DNA of 64,000 bases from a virus. The stretch's first letter is position 1. Every line of letters begins with the position of its first letter. The notes beneath the pieces are model-generated. The model ran no database searches and was not told the origin of the DNA. It worked only from the letters and a program-made list of their open reading frames with translations. The stretch spans positions 32,001 to 96,000 of IMG/VR virus record IMGVR_UViG_3300007512_000011. One strand, given 5' to 3'. The position numbers and the translations under genes are program-made. Shown in pieces: positions 52,501 through 59,912 of this stretch.

Positions 52501-52718
52501 AACTCACGAACAGCATAGGGTCCAAACTTCTTGTGATCAAGGGTTCCAAAACGTGCTTCAAAATCCGCAAATGATCCAACAGTCACAGGAACAAATGCAG
52601 GACCGGTCTTCGAAGTTCCCGCAACACCAGCTGGCACACCAATAATTTCTGATTCTCGTTGCGAAAGATCGACTTCACGTTCGAAAAACCCTGGTGATCT
52701 AAAGATCTGTTCAGCCAT
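49545..52718 (-). CDS. Tail sheath protein, paralog 1
   Basis: SPG-x-x-x-REVDLS, GPAFVP, WFAPAGFNR, INPIATF, FGQKTL and DRVNVRR. Confidence 0.93.
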   Translation of the reverse strand: MAEQIFRSPGFFEREVDLSQRESEIIGVPAGVAGTSKTGPAFVPVTVGSFADFEARFGTLDHKKFGPYAVREFLKNRTALTFVRVLGAGSNETVTDFEKTITQGVVKNAGFIIKSTAAGGGSAGHNGAVQFLVARHFVSASTETIGFPVFTDNDSYDIVNGGDYVYLVRGMIMSATGTRMQILNASSSYSPADVRNSVATIESGSSNPLFNTFKLVVSSTSTGFGTAEGHTSIKIFTASLDPENKHYIANVLNTDPERFQEEQHLLYAHFPVEHEIAPVSDYDFSVGLASGTNTTSAENGASEAFRDSYGRFDTRYRTPRTTKFISQPYGKREYDLFHFETIADGSEANTLYKVSIAELRKSTDPKDKFGTFTVLVRSFSDIDTNPEILEQYPLCTLNPNDENYVARKVGDLKVAYNFDAETSDERRLLVSGKYPNVSSRVRIIMHPNVEEGKIPVSALPFGFHGIPALKTTETLADNATSAQSEGFAGTRLALSWEGISLIPGTSELRGGLSGSIVPPVPYRFKVTRGRVASGGLAGSPGNSERVDSRFYWGTKFEIVPSSGTLKESIFNPNVSSQPNPLISNYTKLLGIQEMDLLVTGAGRDEFNNNKFTLARVAFGNTITTFTGSGIPGLNRGIVDRITGTAAEHMLDAAYIRNGTPLPTFYTVGDGVSKGRLTFASLVSLTGSVFFNKFTSFAKFTNFFYGGFDGVNVLDRDMARLNDRATSSDTNGKASEANASSTDGNALNIGLSTSMGIGAGKNNSTVLSYRAAAEILTDELSSRINILVIPGIRDRKVTDFVTDLAEDYSKAIYVLDVPAYDGDGNRLYEDSANRPDVAKTIEQFDGRALDTNYAAAYFPDVSITDPINNRIVQTPASVAVLGALGFNDNVSYPWFAPAGFNRASLDFVVNTEIRLNAGDRDDLYESKINPIATFPNAGFVIFGQKTLQQARTALDRVNVRRMLLEAKRIISDVANKIVFEQNTPETRARFVAQVTPLLSLIQSQQGIDQFSVVMDESNNTQNDVEQNRLNGRIVLVPTRAVEFIAIDFIITTSGVSFE

Positions 52719-52752
52719 TAATATTCTCCCGTACGCAGTTCACTACTGGCTA

Positions 52753-52759
52753 TAAATAT
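52753..52759 (-). promoter_or_regulatory. Representative ATATTTA late-promoter-like motif upstream of the sheath gene
   Basis: The same ATAnnTA motif recurs upstream of about a dozen structural genes (see findings). Confidence 0.6.
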
Positions 52760-52780
52760 GAGATAAATACTCAATTGACC

Positions 52781-53998
52781 TCACTCAAATTCACGCATAA
52801 TTTCCTTCACAACTCGAGCGCTTGCAACAGTTTCTCCCTTTCTCTGGTTGCGAGTAAGAATGGGGACTCTTTTCTCAGTTTTCTTCTTCGTAATTGGGTC
52901 AATTGTTGTCTCAACAATCATGACATCAGATGCTCCTCTGCGCAAAGGTGTATTGCCCGATTTGTTCTTAATTTCAACATCTGACAAGATAAACTTATTT
53001 ATGTCTCCATCTGAATTTGGACGCTGATCTACTTTAACAATGGGTGCATGTGACTCAAAAATTCCAAAATCAATCTGCGGTGCTGAGAATGTTCTGCGAA
53101 ACGGTACTGGTAATCCTGGTTGACTTGGTGCCAAAATGTACGCTGGAACAATCATTGAAAATGTATATCGAACTATACGTTCCTCAGACGAGAACTCAGT
53201 AAAATTATCAGCTGCTGTTAGTGGTGACTGTAGGTAGGCAACAAACTGATATCCTGTATCTGTCTCAAGCAAGTAATCATGACCCTGACCGCTGAAGTTG
53301 GCCATCATTGTCTCTATTAGCTGATTCATCTGAATCATGTACTGTGTCCAGAAGGTTACCTCATACTCAAGGGTGACAAATGTAGGATAGGGAATTGTTA
53401 TAACTTCAAAGATATTGTCATTTAAACTACTTCCGAGAAGCTCTCCTGTCGAGGCTACCTCACTATTTACACCAACCTTGCTGCGTCGAGTTGCAACTGT
53501 ATCCTCAATACTGCCACTAAAAGGTCTCGATGACTGATTTTCAAAATTTTTATTCGATGATACATTTTTCTGATTTTTCAGGCCCATCTTATTGATGATA
53601 TTTTGGTAGTCTCTATCCTTCTTTCCTAGTCTTCTTTTAATGATATAGCTCTCTTGATCCTTGTGCGAGATGGGTGTTCTATACCCTGCCTGGGCTGGGT
53701 CATGAACAATTCGAACCCTTCTAATCGATATGATTGGTAGAATCAATGTATTGTTATTGTCTCGGATGGGCTGGCGTCTGCGAGTTAGCGCAAATCTTTC
53801 ACCTGTTGAAAATACAACGGGGACCTTGGTAGCCTGCTTATCCACCTCGACAACAAAGCTAAGTTTTCTATCAAAAAGACGAAACACAGACCTATCTGCA
53901 TCCTCGACACCGACAGGAGGAATGGAAAAGTCCTCAGGAACGCTGGTTCCAGCGTATGGGTCCTGTAATCCTCTCTTTACAATAGTTTCATCTGACAT
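52781..53998 (-). CDS. Tail completion / sheath stabiliser (gp15-like)
   Basis: KVPVVF...ERF, ILPIISI-x-R and P-x-x-V-x-L-x-YEV-x-FWT-x-Y-x-x-QMN-x-LIE. Lies between neck and sheath genes. Confidence 0.6.
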   Translation of the reverse strand: MSDETIVKRGLQDPYAGTSVPEDFSIPPVGVEDADRSVFRLFDRKLSFVVEVDKQATKVPVVFSTGERFALTRRRQPIRDNNNTLILPIISIRRVRIVHDPAQAGYRTPISHKDQESYIIKRRLGKKDRDYQNIINKMGLKNQKNVSSNKNFENQSSRPFSGSIEDTVATRRSKVGVNSEVASTGELLGSSLNDNIFEVITIPYPTFVTLEYEVTFWTQYMIQMNQLIETMMANFSGQGHDYLLETDTGYQFVAYLQSPLTAADNFTEFSSEERIVRYTFSMIVPAYILAPSQPGLPVPFRRTFSAPQIDFGIFESHAPIVKVDQRPNSDGDINKFILSDVEIKNKSGNTPLRRGASDVMIVETTIDPITKKKTEKRVPILTRNQRKGETVASARVVKEIMREFE

Positions 53999-54000
53999 CG

Positions 54001-54666
54001 TTAGCTCTCGTCATAAAAGGAAGATCCCGCACCTGTGGAGTCCCCTCTTTCAGATACCTCTGCTGGACCAGAAATAGGCTCTGTGAGAACACCTTTCGTC
54101 TGTAGATCTCTCTTATCTGCTGTTTCTCCAAGCCGATTTGCAGAAACACCGCGCTGCTGAACAAATGTCTTTTGCACTGCATCGCCGTCGGAATTCATCT
54201 CGTCGGTTGGGCCAAACACCTGAGACTTGAACTGTCCCTTTCTTGCCTGCTTACCAGTAATTGTTATGAAAGAGGTAAATTCGATCTCGCCATATATTGT
54301 GTTAGAATCTGGAACTTGAATCACCTCAAAAAATACCTCACCGTAGCTGAAGAAATCACCCTCGAGAATCTGAATGCCTCTATCGTTTAGGTCCTTCTTT
54401 TGGATGTATACCTCGATTGTATAATATTCCTCGCTTCCAAATGTATTGGTTCGAATCTCTTGAGGCATATATTGGACAAGTGCCTCTATCTCGATAGGAT
54501 TATCAAAGACCTTGTTCACTGACTCCTCATAGACATCATGAACTCGAGACTTTACCTTAGAGATTGGAAAGTAGTATATCTTCTGTCCAACTACATCCTT
54601 TACGATCTCTTTAGAGATATCGTTAATAAAGTCTATTTCTCGCTGTGTAATAAAGAATCTTGACAT
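54001..54666 (-). CDS. Neck / head-closure protein (gp14-like)
   Basis: GQ-x-IYYF, VYEES-x-x-K-x-F and EGDF-x-x-YG-x-x-FFEV, plus gene position. Confidence 0.65.
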   Translation of the reverse strand: MSRFFITQREIDFINDISKEIVKDVVGQKIYYFPISKVKSRVHDVYEESVNKVFDNPIEIEALVQYMPQEIRTNTFGSEEYYTIEVYIQKKDLNDRGIQILEGDFFSYGEVFFEVIQVPDSNTIYGEIEFTSFITITGKQARKGQFKSQVFGPTDEMNSDGDAVQKTFVQQRGVSANRLGETADKRDLQTKGVLTEPISGPAEVSERGDSTGAGSSFYDES

Positions 54667-54669
54667 CTT

Positions 54670-55845
54670 TTACCCCATGAATATGGCTAAGCCGTTTGGC
54701 ATTGGTACGTACTTTAACTGCTTCTGTATTGACTCTGCACGAGCAGCAGCGACCTCCATCAGCTTATCATATGTCATCGTGTCAAGCATTTCCTTAAGCT
54801 GTGATATTAGGGTAGTCTTATCCTCTCTTCCCTGTGCCACCAGATCAGTTCCATTTAGAGATAGATTTGCATTTGGTATCGGTATTGAGGCAAACTTTGA
54901 CCTGATTAGGCCTAACTGCTCCCTGCTTAGCGCAAGAGAATACTGTCGTATCCATTGTCGACCAATGCTATTGATCCTGTTATACTGTAAGTTTCCAAAG
55001 GGCAGATCACTCAAGTTTGACACTCCGTCGATGGTCTCATCTGTGTATGCAGGATTGAGAGGATCGGAAAAGAATCTCACTCGAATGAATAGCTTCTTGG
55101 GATCATCTTTTGTCGGTTGCGGAAATATTCTGATCTTGGTCCCTATCACCTCATAGGAATAATTCGAGCGTCTAATTCTATTAGATAGATCTAGCTGGCC
55201 TGCTCGAAGAATATCCTCAAACACTGGTAGGACATAGAATATTGTCTCAGGTGTGAAGGATTCAAAGGAAAACTCATTATTAAGATAGTTGATTGCTGAT
55301 GTGGTGTCAAAGAATCTGTATGCTGCCTGTGGAGAAAAGTGAAACACCTCATTGATTTGCACCTTCGTTCGGGGGGCAGAGTTCATGCTTGATGAGACGA
55401 CAAGATTTCCCTGTTCATCCTTTAGCTCATCATAGATGTCGTAATCCTGTCGCCCTTTCTCTAGATCAATTGATCCTGACATCATATTATACGAGCCTCC
55501 AACCCCAGCTTCAAAGGAGTAAGGTTCGGCGAATCGTGTTAGATAGTCAAGATTTTCTCTTGGGTACTTGCCTTCTGATCCCGATAGATTGCTTCCAGTT
55601 GGCATTCCTAAAAATTGAACAAGCTGTGACTTGGCCTGGTACTGATTTAATATTGAGCCGTACTCGAGAGCTGCTTCCTCAAGATTTCCCCAAATCTGCT
55701 TTTTTGTCAATTCGACGCTTAATACATCATCACCGAGCTTTCTCTTAACAAATACGACAATATTATCTGCCTCAGTTTTAAACTCAGACTCATCGTTAAA
55801 AAATCCAAAAGGCGTCGGATTTGTCGTATTTGCAAATGTTGCCAC
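54670..55845 (-). CDS. Neck / head-tail adaptor protein (gp13-like)
   Basis: RKLG-x-x-V-x-x-VELT, WIRQY-x-LAL-x-x-E-x-LG-x-IRSKF and LNG-x-x-L. Confidence 0.8.
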   Translation of the reverse strand: MATFANTTNPTPFGFFNDESEFKTEADNIVVFVKRKLGDDVLSVELTKKQIWGNLEEAALEYGSILNQYQAKSQLVQFLGMPTGSNLSGSEGKYPRENLDYLTRFAEPYSFEAGVGGSYNMMSGSIDLEKGRQDYDIYDELKDEQGNLVVSSSMNSAPRTKVQINEVFHFSPQAAYRFFDTTSAINYLNNEFSFESFTPETIFYVLPVFEDILRAGQLDLSNRIRRSNYSYEVIGTKIRIFPQPTKDDPKKLFIRVRFFSDPLNPAYTDETIDGVSNLSDLPFGNLQYNRINSIGRQWIRQYSLALSREQLGLIRSKFASIPIPNANLSLNGTDLVAQGREDKTTLISQLKEMLDTMTYDKLMEVAAARAESIQKQLKYVPMPNGLAIFMG

Positions 55846-55935
55846 GTTATCTCCTGCTAGGTGTAATCCTAAACATAAGTATCAAGACAGGACACAACGA
55901 TTCTATTTACATTCACTTAATAGAACTTAATAGAG

Positions 55936-55965
55936 AAGAGTCCCGGATATAGGATCCGGGCTCTC
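55936..55965 (-). terminator. Hairpin, putative terminator
   Basis: cccggat (55942-55948) / atccggg (55954-55960) stem extended by gag/ctc, with a pyrimidine-rich tail on the minus strand. Confidence 0.5.
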
Positions 55966-56044
55966 TTATAGCTTCTGTTACCTCTCTAACGCAACATATG
56001 ATTATCTACTCAGATGTAATAGAAAATACATCTGACAGTGACTA

Positions 56045-56386
56045 TCAAAGTCTTTTTAGCCTGAATCTCTCTACAACACGCTGTCCACCGTGGGGTGCAG
56101 GTCCTGGAAAAGTAACTTCAACCCAGCTGTGATCGTTTCCGCCCCAGTCCTGTATTACAGTTACCTTGCCCTTTGAGGTTCCTGTCTTATCACATAGATA
56201 TTCGCAGACATCTCCCTCATAGTAAATTGTGCAACCGTTTGAGTTTAGCTCGGGTCTTTTTGCCCGTGATACAGCCGCAGCCTTTGCAGTCGCCTTGGGA
56301 GCGGCCTTGGGAGCACGTGTCGCCTTAGCTGGGGATCTTTTCGATTTTGTAGATGAAGATTTTGTTGACTTTAATTTTTCTGCCAT
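56045..56386 (-). CDS. Hypothetical protein with Lys/Ala-rich N-terminal tail
   Basis: AAGGAG SD. Histone-H1-like low-complexity tail followed by a small beta-rich domain. Confidence 0.7.
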   Translation of the reverse strand: MAEKLKSTKSSSTKSKRSPAKATRAPKAAPKATAKAAAVSRAKRPELNSNGCTIYYEGDVCEYLCDKTGTSKGKVTVIQDWGGNDHSWVEVTFPGPAPHGGQRVVERFRLKRL

Positions 56387-56445
56387 TGTTTTCTCCTTTG
56401 AGCAGCTTTTTGATTGTATCCCTCATGTGAGAGATATTAAAATCA

Positions 56446-56955
56446 CTAGTTAGCTGCTGTATCAACGAATGTCAGAGTTCCACTGGCAGACAGTGCGTGA
56501 TACTGGAATCCATCGCACATCAGGGCAACCGCGCAACCTGCAGAAGCGGACAGCTTAAGCTCACCACCTGAAGTCTTAGGATTGGCCTGGGCGTCTGTGG
56601 CTCCGGCATGCATTGTGCCTGAGACCCCTGTTGGATTCATGCAAAATAGTTTTCCATCACCACCGACGGCACCTGGTGCTTCGTCCATGCCTGAACCTGT
56701 TAAACAGTGAGACTGATCATGTGTCACCGTGCGGAAAACCCAGAGAGAACCGGGCACTGTTGACGCTGCTGGTAATGTACCTGTGATGGTTGCAGTTGAT
56801 GTAAATGTGTAAACACCGCCACGAGATAATGTTGTATTAGCTGTTAGATCAGTGACATCATAGCTAACTGACTTCTTGAACTTGCTCTCAATATCTACGC
56901 CTGTTCCTGTCTCCTGAACAAGCCCCTTATTGTCGGTTACCTTAATTTTTGGCAT
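56446..56955 (-). CDS. Hypothetical structural (head decoration/fibre-like) protein
   Basis: Start ATG 56955 (MPKIKV) 8 nt after AAAGGAG. TLPA...G-x-x-x-x-F...DG-x-x-Y pattern resembles the C-terminus of the 626-aa fibre. Confidence 0.6.
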   Translation of the reverse strand: MPKIKVTDNKGLVQETGTGVDIESKFKKSVSYDVTDLTANTTLSRGGVYTFTSTATITGTLPAASTVPGSLWVFRTVTHDQSHCLTGSGMDEAPGAVGGDGKLFCMNPTGVSGTMHAGATDAQANPKTSGGELKLSASAGCAVALMCDGFQYHALSASGTLTFVDTAAN

Positions 56956-57077
56956 AATCATTCTCCTTTGGCCGCATGCTTCCAATTCACCGGCGGGTCG
57001 GTTGATTATACGAATTGGACCTGTCTATATCTATTGCGCAAAGACTTTATTTGCACTGATAGAGAGCATTTTATCAT

Positions 57078-57839
57078 TCATGTCGCAAAAGAGTAGCCAA
57101 ACCTTGATATCACATCCCTAAATGCCATTTTGACCTGGATTTTACTCCAGTCGCTATAGTAATCTGTATAATGAATTTTTGACTTTCTCTGATTGGCTTT
57201 TAAGTGAGGTAGCATCTCTTTCGGCAAGCTTATCACGCCGCAGAGCTTTTCATAATCTTCCTGCAATGTCTCATACCTTATGATAGTATCAACATTGTCA
57301 TAGAATTCACACGTCGATCTACTCAGCCAGTCAATGACTCTATGAAATCCCTCATCTCCCCTTGGGCCGGTATTAAAATGACCTACAGCCTCTATAAATT
57401 GCTCAAATTTTGTCCTCAAAGCATCAGCACTATCCTCCTCACTGGGAGTGATTGTAGAAAATTCATTTATGCTATCTTCACTTGCATCATAGCATTTTGA
57501 TATCACACTGTTTGTTGGTGAGTAAAAACACCACCAAAAATATGAAACTGTCATCTCCCATGGGTTTCTAACAATCGTAAATTTAAAGTAATCGTCCCAT
57601 GTGTTATCTGTCATTGAATACAGCAGTTGAGGAGATGTGTGCATGTGAAAAATGAGGTTTCCTCTTTTATCAAGATTATTGCGACCCACATAACCAAACT
57701 GCTGTCTCTCATCTGCTATATCAGAGCCAGTTAGGACATCCTCATCACCGCAGTATTTTGCAAGGCATGCCTCGACGCTAGAGCCTGCAACCTTGAGTGG
57801 TTTGAAAAATATGAATTTCTTAGAGTGTGAAATAATCAT
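57078..57839 (-). CDS. Sulfotransferase family protein (Sulfotransfer_2-like)
   Basis: 5'-PSB loop KVAGSS, 3'-PB motif VRNPW-x-x-x-VS, IRYETL-x-ED and C-terminal FGY-x-F. Confidence 0.85.
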   Translation of the reverse strand: MIISHSKKFIFFKPLKVAGSSVEACLAKYCGDEDVLTGSDIADERQQFGYVGRNNLDKRGNLIFHMHTSPQLLYSMTDNTWDDYFKFTIVRNPWEMTVSYFWWCFYSPTNSVISKCYDASEDSINEFSTITPSEEDSADALRTKFEQFIEAVGHFNTGPRGDEGFHRVIDWLSRSTCEFYDNVDTIIRYETLQEDYEKLCGVISLPKEMLPHLKANQRKSKIHYTDYYSDWSKIQVKMAFRDVISRFGYSFAT

Positions 57840-57870
57840 AGATTATTGTTAATAGGTCAACACATCCCGT

Positions 57871-57904
57871 AAAAGCAAAAAGGGCGGCCACAAGGGCCGC
57901 CCTT
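57871..57904 (-). terminator. Rho-independent terminator after the major capsid gene
   Basis: aagggcggcc (57880-57889) / ggccgccctt (57895-57904), followed by TTTTGCTTTT on the minus strand. Confidence 0.9.
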
Positions 57905-57930
57905 AAAATTTATTCAGTTAACTTAGTTAA

Positions 57931-59871
57931 CTAAATGACGTCCATGTCTAGGCATGTAACAGTACCGTAGAAATCATTACGAACCATCTTCTTGCCGTAG
58001 CGAGTCATCACGCCCTTACGGGGTGTGAAGTCCTCTGGCGCGAAGATCGTCGGTGTAACGATTAGCGGCACGTACGGAGCGTAAACGTATCCGGTTTCAA
58101 GGTAGCTACCGCCCTTATAACCAACAAGAACCTTGTTGCGTGGGAAGTAAGGGTCCTTGTAGACCGTGAAACGGTTGCTCAATGTACCAACCGGTGCTGC
58201 ACCCAGCGAGAATGGCTGGCTGACCTGTCCATCTCCGTCAAGGCTGTACTGCGGCTTGTAAAGAACCGAAGCCTCGAAGACGGTTGCGACCTCAGGTGAG
58301 CAAACAACGAAGTTCGCTGAGCCACGGAGTGTCTTTCTGTGGATCTCATTTGCGACGTCGATGATTGTCTCAACAAGTGTCTCGTACCATTCACGGACTG
58401 TACCTGTGAAGGATGGTCCGCCAGCGAGTGTGCTGGACCTGGTTGCCTCTGCTCCGTTCTGCTTGTTGACAAACTTACCTGGTGCGCGTGACCAGAAGAA
58501 GTTAGTGTCAGCCTGCGTCAGGAGATCGTTCAGGATCTCACGGTCGATCTCAAGAGCAATCTGCTCGGAGAGAATCTGTGTGAGTTCAACCTCAGCATCC
58601 AGTGAGTGGTATGCGTTGAGGTCCTGCGCGAGTTCTGGCGACCAGCGAGCACGTAGCTTACGGGTCTGTGCTGTAACAGCAATCGACTCAATCTTGATGT
58701 CGATCTCAGGGATTGCAGGTGATGGAGAAGTACCAAAGTCCGACTCAAAGGACGGAATTGTAAGTGCTGAACCATCGGCTGTGTCCACATTTAGACCATC
58801 TGCAATTGCGTACGAAGCTGTCAGGTTTGCCACGCCGGCTGGGAACGCCTTGTGTGATCCTGTGACGACAACTAGAAGTGCTGCATTAGCAGAAGTTCGC
58901 TGTATAAGCGGGTTAGAGGTGAATACGCCACCGGCGAATGTACCGATCTGGTTCAGACGACGAACGTTGACGAGGTTCTTACCGCCCTGAATTGACTCAG
59001 GGACAGCAGCGAGACCCATACCGCCTGCTGCTTGATCAGCACCCATATCAGCATCTGAGTAGAGTGAAACGTCCTTGACTAGCGATGTGTCCATGTTCGC
59101 GAAGTTTGAGGACGCGAGATCAAGAATAAGCAACTGGAATTCACCTGTTGTATTCCCGTTATTTGGAACATCATCCTCAATGAGCTTCAGAAGCTGTGGA
59201 TCGAACTGTAGCAGACGTCCGTCTGTACCTGTAGCAGCGCACTTTCGGCCGTCCTGCAGTGTGGCATTGCCCTGGAAGGCACCTGATGCTAGGATATTAC
59301 CTGTGGTACAGATAATAGAAGAACTGTGAACACGTGTGTAAGATGTTCCAGCGAGATCATACTGACCACCTGTTGCTAGAGAACCACTTCTGATACCCTT
59401 GCCTGCCGGGTTGTTGTAGATCGACTGACCCAACGCGTAGGTTTGTGCATCAGCACCTGTATTTGCAGCACCCGTTTGGAGGTTAGTATCACCACCAACG
59501 CGAGTTCCATACGTGTAATCCAGGTAGAAGAGCAGTCCGGAGGGAAGGCTCATCGGCTGAATTGAAACTAGCTCGTTAGAAACGAGACCACCGAATACAC
59601 GGCGGACGATTGGGAACGCGATGTTGGTAAAACCGCGAAGGTCACCTGATGAAGACAGCGCTCCAGCACCTGTCGACAGTGAGTTAGACTCACGAAGCAG
59701 CTGTGCAGCCTGATTTTCCAGGAGACGGGACATGACTTCGCGATTGTGATCGCCAAGCCCACGAAGCAGTCCTGTTCGGGACCACTTCTCAACGAGTCTT
59801 GTGCCTTCGGATCCGACGTGTCGTGCGCGGATACCTTCAGTCAACTGCTCGAGTGTGAATTTCTTAGACAT
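57931..59871 (-). CDS. Major capsid protein (T4 gp23-like)
   Basis: LLENQ, P-x-VRRV, VSIQPMSLPSGL-x-F, TRKLRARWSPELAQDLNAYH-x-LDAE-x-EL, YAPYVPL and P-x-KGVMTRY. Confidence 0.96.
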   Translation of the reverse strand: MSKKFTLEQLTEGIRARHVGSEGTRLVEKWSRTGLLRGLGDHNREVMSRLLENQAAQLLRESNSLSTGAGALSSSGDLRGFTNIAFPIVRRVFGGLVSNELVSIQPMSLPSGLLFYLDYTYGTRVGGDTNLQTGAANTGADAQTYALGQSIYNNPAGKGIRSGSLATGGQYDLAGTSYTRVHSSSIICTTGNILASGAFQGNATLQDGRKCAATGTDGRLLQFDPQLLKLIEDDVPNNGNTTGEFQLLILDLASSNFANMDTSLVKDVSLYSDADMGADQAAGGMGLAAVPESIQGGKNLVNVRRLNQIGTFAGGVFTSNPLIQRTSANAALLVVVTGSHKAFPAGVANLTASYAIADGLNVDTADGSALTIPSFESDFGTSPSPAIPEIDIKIESIAVTAQTRKLRARWSPELAQDLNAYHSLDAEVELTQILSEQIALEIDREILNDLLTQADTNFFWSRAPGKFVNKQNGAEATRSSTLAGGPSFTGTVREWYETLVETIIDVANEIHRKTLRGSANFVVCSPEVATVFEASVLYKPQYSLDGDGQVSQPFSLGAAPVGTLSNRFTVYKDPYFPRNKVLVGYKGGSYLETGYVYAPYVPLIVTPTIFAPEDFTPRKGVMTRYGKKMVRNDFYGTVTCLDMDVI

Positions 59872-59912
59872 AATTGTTTCCTTTTTATGTTATGCTGTTG
59901 AATTACTTTACT

